The notes beneath the pieces are model-generated. The model did not search any database, was not told where the DNA came from, and was given only the letters and a program-made list of their open reading frames with translations. DNA of 64,000 bases from Hemiscyllium ocellatum (Eukaryota): positions 14,665,873 to 14,729,872 of the forward strand of contig NC_083409.1 in NCBI RefSeq assembly GCF_020745735.1. Direction: 5' to 3'. Of the stretch, positions 59,891-64,000 are shown in pieces. Each line of letters begins with the position of its first letter. Position 1 is the stretch's first letter. The translations under genes were made by a program, and so were the position numbers.

Positions 59891-62424
59891 CACCCCCCCA
59901 CCTACCTGCAACCTCACTTCCAGTGAAGTATTCTTTTTTTTTGGATGAACTGAGAGTCTTCCAGTTGTGAAAGATGCCATTCCATGGACTTTTGGATGAA
60001 GAGCAGGCAGTTCCCCCTGGTGTCCCTAATCAATATTTATCCCCCAGTCAAAATCAATGAAAATCTGTTTCTCTTCTTTTTATCATATTGTGTTTGGGAT
60101 CTCGCTGTGCACAGTCTGCAGGAAAGATCCATTGGGACATCTTGATTTGGGGACAGGTGCTTCACAAATGCAAGTCTTTCTTTAAGTTTGAAGTCTCCTG
60201 ATCCGAACACTCACCCATTGTCTGTGCACTCTCACCTTCCGGGGGCATGGGGTCATTAGGAGCAGTGACCCAAAGGACACTGAGACTCTTTGCAGCCTCA
60301 CCCTTGACCTCAGCCCAGCAGTGTGCAGCAAGGTTTGAAATGTAATCTAGAACCTTCTACACAGACACCCCAATGTGACTCATTCCCGAAGTGTGTGGAT
60401 CCGAGTCTGCTCCAAAGTTCTCGGATAAATTTCTCCTGATCTGTGGGTGATCGGAGGTTTGTTAAAGAAGTATCAAGATCCGTCCCACTTTCCAGCTCTT
60501 GCTCCATAGCTCTGGAGGTTTCACTGTTTGAAGTGAATACCCAAGTGTTTTTTTCAAAGTGATGAGGGTTTCTGCCTCTCCCACCCTTTCAGGCTGTGAG
60601 TCCCACATCCCACCAAGCTCTGGGTGAAAACAAATACCCTCAACTCCCCTATAATCCTGCCCCCAACTGATTTCAATCTCTCCCCATGGTTATTGCCCTC
60701 TGTGCTGGTGGAAATCAGTCCTTCCTACCCACTCTGTCCAGGCCCCTCATCATTTTACACACCACCATCAAATCTCCCCTCAGCCTCCTGTGTTCCAACA
60801 AAAACACTCCCAGCCAATCCAAACATTCCTCAAAACTCAAAGTTCCCATTCCAGACAAACTCTTCCTCTGTCCTGGTCTCCTGTGGGATCACATCCTTCC
60901 TATAATGTGGTGACCAGAACCGTACACTGTTCTCTCACTGTGCTCTAACTGGGGTTTTATACAGTTCCAGAATAAACAAACTCCTTGCTTTCACAGTCAA
61001 CCAAAAATGAGATAAGGGAGGTGATGGTCTAATGGTGTTATTGCTGAGCTGTTAATCCAGAGATCCAGATAATGTTCTGGGGACCAGGGTTAGAATCCAG
61101 CAGATGGTGGCATTCAAATTCAATCAAAAAAAATCTGGAATTAAGTCTAATGACGACCATGAAACCATCTTTGATTGTCAGGAAAACGCCATCTGATTCC
61201 CTAATGTCCTTTCGGGAAAGAAACTGCCATCCTTACCATGTGACCCCAGACCCACAGCAATGTGGTTGACTCTAAACTGCCCTTTGGGTGATTAGCGATG
61301 GACAATAAATGCTGCCGATCCAGCAATTGCCCTCATTCCATCAAGGGAAAATGAAGAACAGTTTATCCCATGTGTCTTCTTACCACCTCACTGACCTGCA
61401 TTAAACACCATGGCCAAATCTTCCATCTCCACATGACTTGCAGTTTCAAATTCCTTCATTATCTGAGATACAGATAGAAACATCCAAACTACGAGCAACC
61501 GTAGGCCATTTGGCCCCCGAGCCTGCTCCACCATTCATTATGATCATGGCTGATTATCCAACACAGTCCCCTGTTCCTGCTTTCTCCCCACGTTCTTTGA
61601 TCCCTTTCATCCGAAGAACTACATCTAATTCCTTATTGAACACATACCGCATCTAATTCCCTCATGCTGGTAAAATGGATGAGAATTATTGGGTTGTTGT
61701 TTTTTGACCAGTATGGACACAATGGGCTGATGGGCCTTTTGGGTCTCTCTGACTCGATGATTCTATTATTATACTTTAAGAATAACTGAGTACCAAGGAC
61801 TGACCACTGTGTAACTACCTGTCATTCAGAAAAAGACTCATTCTTTCTGTCCTGTCTGCCAACCAGTTCCCAATCCATGTCAGTATGTGAACCCCAATCC
61901 TCTTGTTCATTTGGTCTAGATCTGGAAGCCACACCCTTACTAATTGTGGGACCAGATTCTGAACAGTCTGTCTCATCCTTCGAGGGCTCCTACTGCCCTG
62001 ACACTGATTTCCCATCATGCCATTGGTTCCGATCCACTTTTACCAAAGCACCACACAGTTTAGTAAAATGAAAACTTTTACACTTGCTCCATGGTTCTCC
62101 ATTTCCATCCCTACTCTCAATCTCACTGAGTTCTGATCACTGTCACGAAAATGCTCCCCCATTGACAGCCCTTCCAGCTGCCCAGAAACTGTCCCTTCTC
62201 TCTATGCTACTTCACCATCACCTTCTCAGGGGCAATTAGGGATGGGTAATAAATGTTGGCCCTGCCAGTGACACCCACATCCCAAGAAGCAATGTGAACA
62301 ATGCTTGGTCATTTGTTGGGTTTATTCTGTATTGACGACAAATGTTCAAAAAGATTGTATGGCCAGATTATGGTTGAATTCCCTTCCAGTGGCAGGAATT
62401 AAAATTGTTTCTCTTGTCTTTCAG

Positions 62425-62753
62425 GCCGTGAGAACTCTCAGCCCAAGCTGACCTTGCTGCCCCCCTCCCCGGAGCAGGTCAATGCCAAGGGCACTGCCAC
62501 CCTGGTGTGCCTTGCCAATCACTTCTATCCCGATGAGCTGGAGGTGCAGTGGAAGAAGGACGGTGCAGTCATTTCGGACGGGGTTCAGACCAGCAACTAC
62601 CTGCGAGCTTCAGACAGCACCTACAGTGTCAGCAGCCTGCTGACCCTCTCTGGGTCTGACTGGGAGTCCGACGCTCGCTTCTCCTGTGCCCTCACCCACG
62701 TGACCCTCCCCTCTCCCCTCAGCAAGAGCATCAGGAGATCAGAATGTGTGTAG
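62425..62753 (+). CDS. IGKC: Ig kappa-class constant exon (C1-set), intact
   Basis: TTTCAG acceptor in phase with J. (S)RENSQPKLTLLPPS...ATLVCLANHFYP...WKKDG...YSVSSLLTL...FSCALTH...RSECV-stop, with terminal interchain Cys. Resembles nurse shark NS4 C as recalled. Confidence 0.96.
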
Positions 62754-62892
62754 AGTGTTGGAGACAGTCCACAGAGGAGACACAACTTTAAACAGAACAG
62801 GGCTGAGCTGGCAGGACAAAGGTCATTGTCAGCACTGAATTTCAACTCTCTTCCTTCTCAGGATTGCTCAGAGAAACTTCTGAGGTTTGGAT

Positions 62893-62898
62893 ATTAAA
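62893..62898 (+). terminator. Candidate polyadenylation signal (ATTAAA); alternative AATAAA at 63250-63255
   Basis: First poly(A)-like hexamers downstream of the C stop. Confidence 0.45.
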
Positions 62899-63614
62899 GC
62901 AGGTCATCGCGACAGTGTCAAGAGAGCTTTACACTGTGTCAAACCCCATGCTGTCCTTGTCCTGGGAATGTTTGATGGGGACAGGATTGCCTTGTTATGT
63001 TAGCTGCACAAAACAATGTGAACCTCAGAAGTCTCTGCTTCAGTAAACCAGATCTCCTTCCTGCTCAGCTGCCAGTTCCAGTTTAAGGTTTTGTCACTGT
63101 TTAAAGGGGCAGGATTCTCGTGTTATTGAGAAAATCTCTCCAAGTGTTTTCCTCAAGCTCCATTGGGGCTATGAATTTGAGCAGCTTCCTCTGTCTGGGC
63201 TGTTAATTGCAGTTGTTTCTTTTTCTGTGAATGTGAATGTGGAAAAGGGAATAAAGGTGAAAATTCAGTCTCTGTCTCCGTGTGCTTTGGAAATAACTGA
63301 CTTTCTCCTCCCCCATCTTTCAGTTGATTGGCTGTATTTCAGCAGGTCATTGTCACAATTGGTTACTTGGCCTGTCAATCAATTACAATCATCAATCATC
63401 AATCATTTTCAAATGATCCCTTTAATCAGGAATTTATGTAGATTCCAAAAAGAACAGAAACTGAAAGTTGTTGGGACTCAGTAAGTGCAATCTGATGCAT
63501 TCCCTCTTCACTCTGTTGGTACATGCCCAGCTGATGGGATCGAACTGTGCAATCTCTGCTGCATGTCGGATAGCCCCTGAAATAATCTTCGGCCAATCAC
63601 AGACATTGTTGGCT

Positions 63615-63926
63615 GTGTGCCTCTCTGAGTGTGAGTGTTTAACTCAATACTGCCTGTAGATGTCTCTCTGAGTGTGGCTGTGTTACTCAGAGACACACCA
63701 CAGACAGTATTCAGAAACACACCCACATTCGGTGAGACACCGATCCGCAGCATGGAGTGTGAGTGTGTTACTCAGTGCTGCCTGAAGGTGTCTCTCTCAG
63801 TGTGAGTGTGTTACTCTGTGCTGCCTGTAGGTGTCTCTCTCAATGTGAGTGTGTTACTCTGTGCTGCCTGTAGGTGTCTCTCTCAGTGTGAGTGTGTTAC
63901 TCTGTGCTGCCTGTAGGTGTCTCTGA
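63615..63926. repeat. 43-bp minisatellite downstream of C
   Basis: gagtgtgttactc...ctgcctgtaggtgtctctctca starts at 63761, 63804, 63847 and 63890. More diverged units lie at ~63615-63700. Confidence 0.92.
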
Positions 63927-64000
63927 GGTCTGTGTCTCCGAGCGATGGATTGAGAATGGGCTTTGTGCTGGGGATTGAAGATTAGGCTTTAATCTTCTCA

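Overview
Eukaryotic, repeat-dense DNA from a cartilaginous fish. A shark, probably an orectolobiform, is inferred from HE1-type SINEs, CR1 LINEs and the light-chain sequence. The only intact host gene is one complete, unrearranged immunoglobulin kappa-class (type III/NS4-like) light-chain minicluster on the + strand: promoter ~49340-49440, leader 49501-49549, V 49736-50046 with 12-RSS, 23-RSS plus a single J 50546-50580, an 11.8-kb intron, and C 62425-62753. Its V segment encodes an unusually long germline CDR3 stretch. The first 22 kb hold two head-to-tail, intron-containing, decayed partial copies of the 3' half of CEP350 (CAP-Gly and C-terminal exons). A 500-N gap follows at 22488-22987. 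Between the gap and the Ig cluster is an old inverted segmental duplication (~23.5-26.6 kb vs ~42.7-45.05 kb) whose non-TE part carries a PU.1-IRF composite site. The rest is nested CR1/L2 LINEs, HE1 SINEs, a Gypsy remnant, an ERV LTR with a tRNA-His-type PBS, Penelope-like termini with hammerhead ribozyme motifs, an interstitial telomeric tract and two minisatellites. No alignment or database search was run. Homology calls rest on motifs read by eye and on reference sequences recalled from memory. TE boundaries are approximate.
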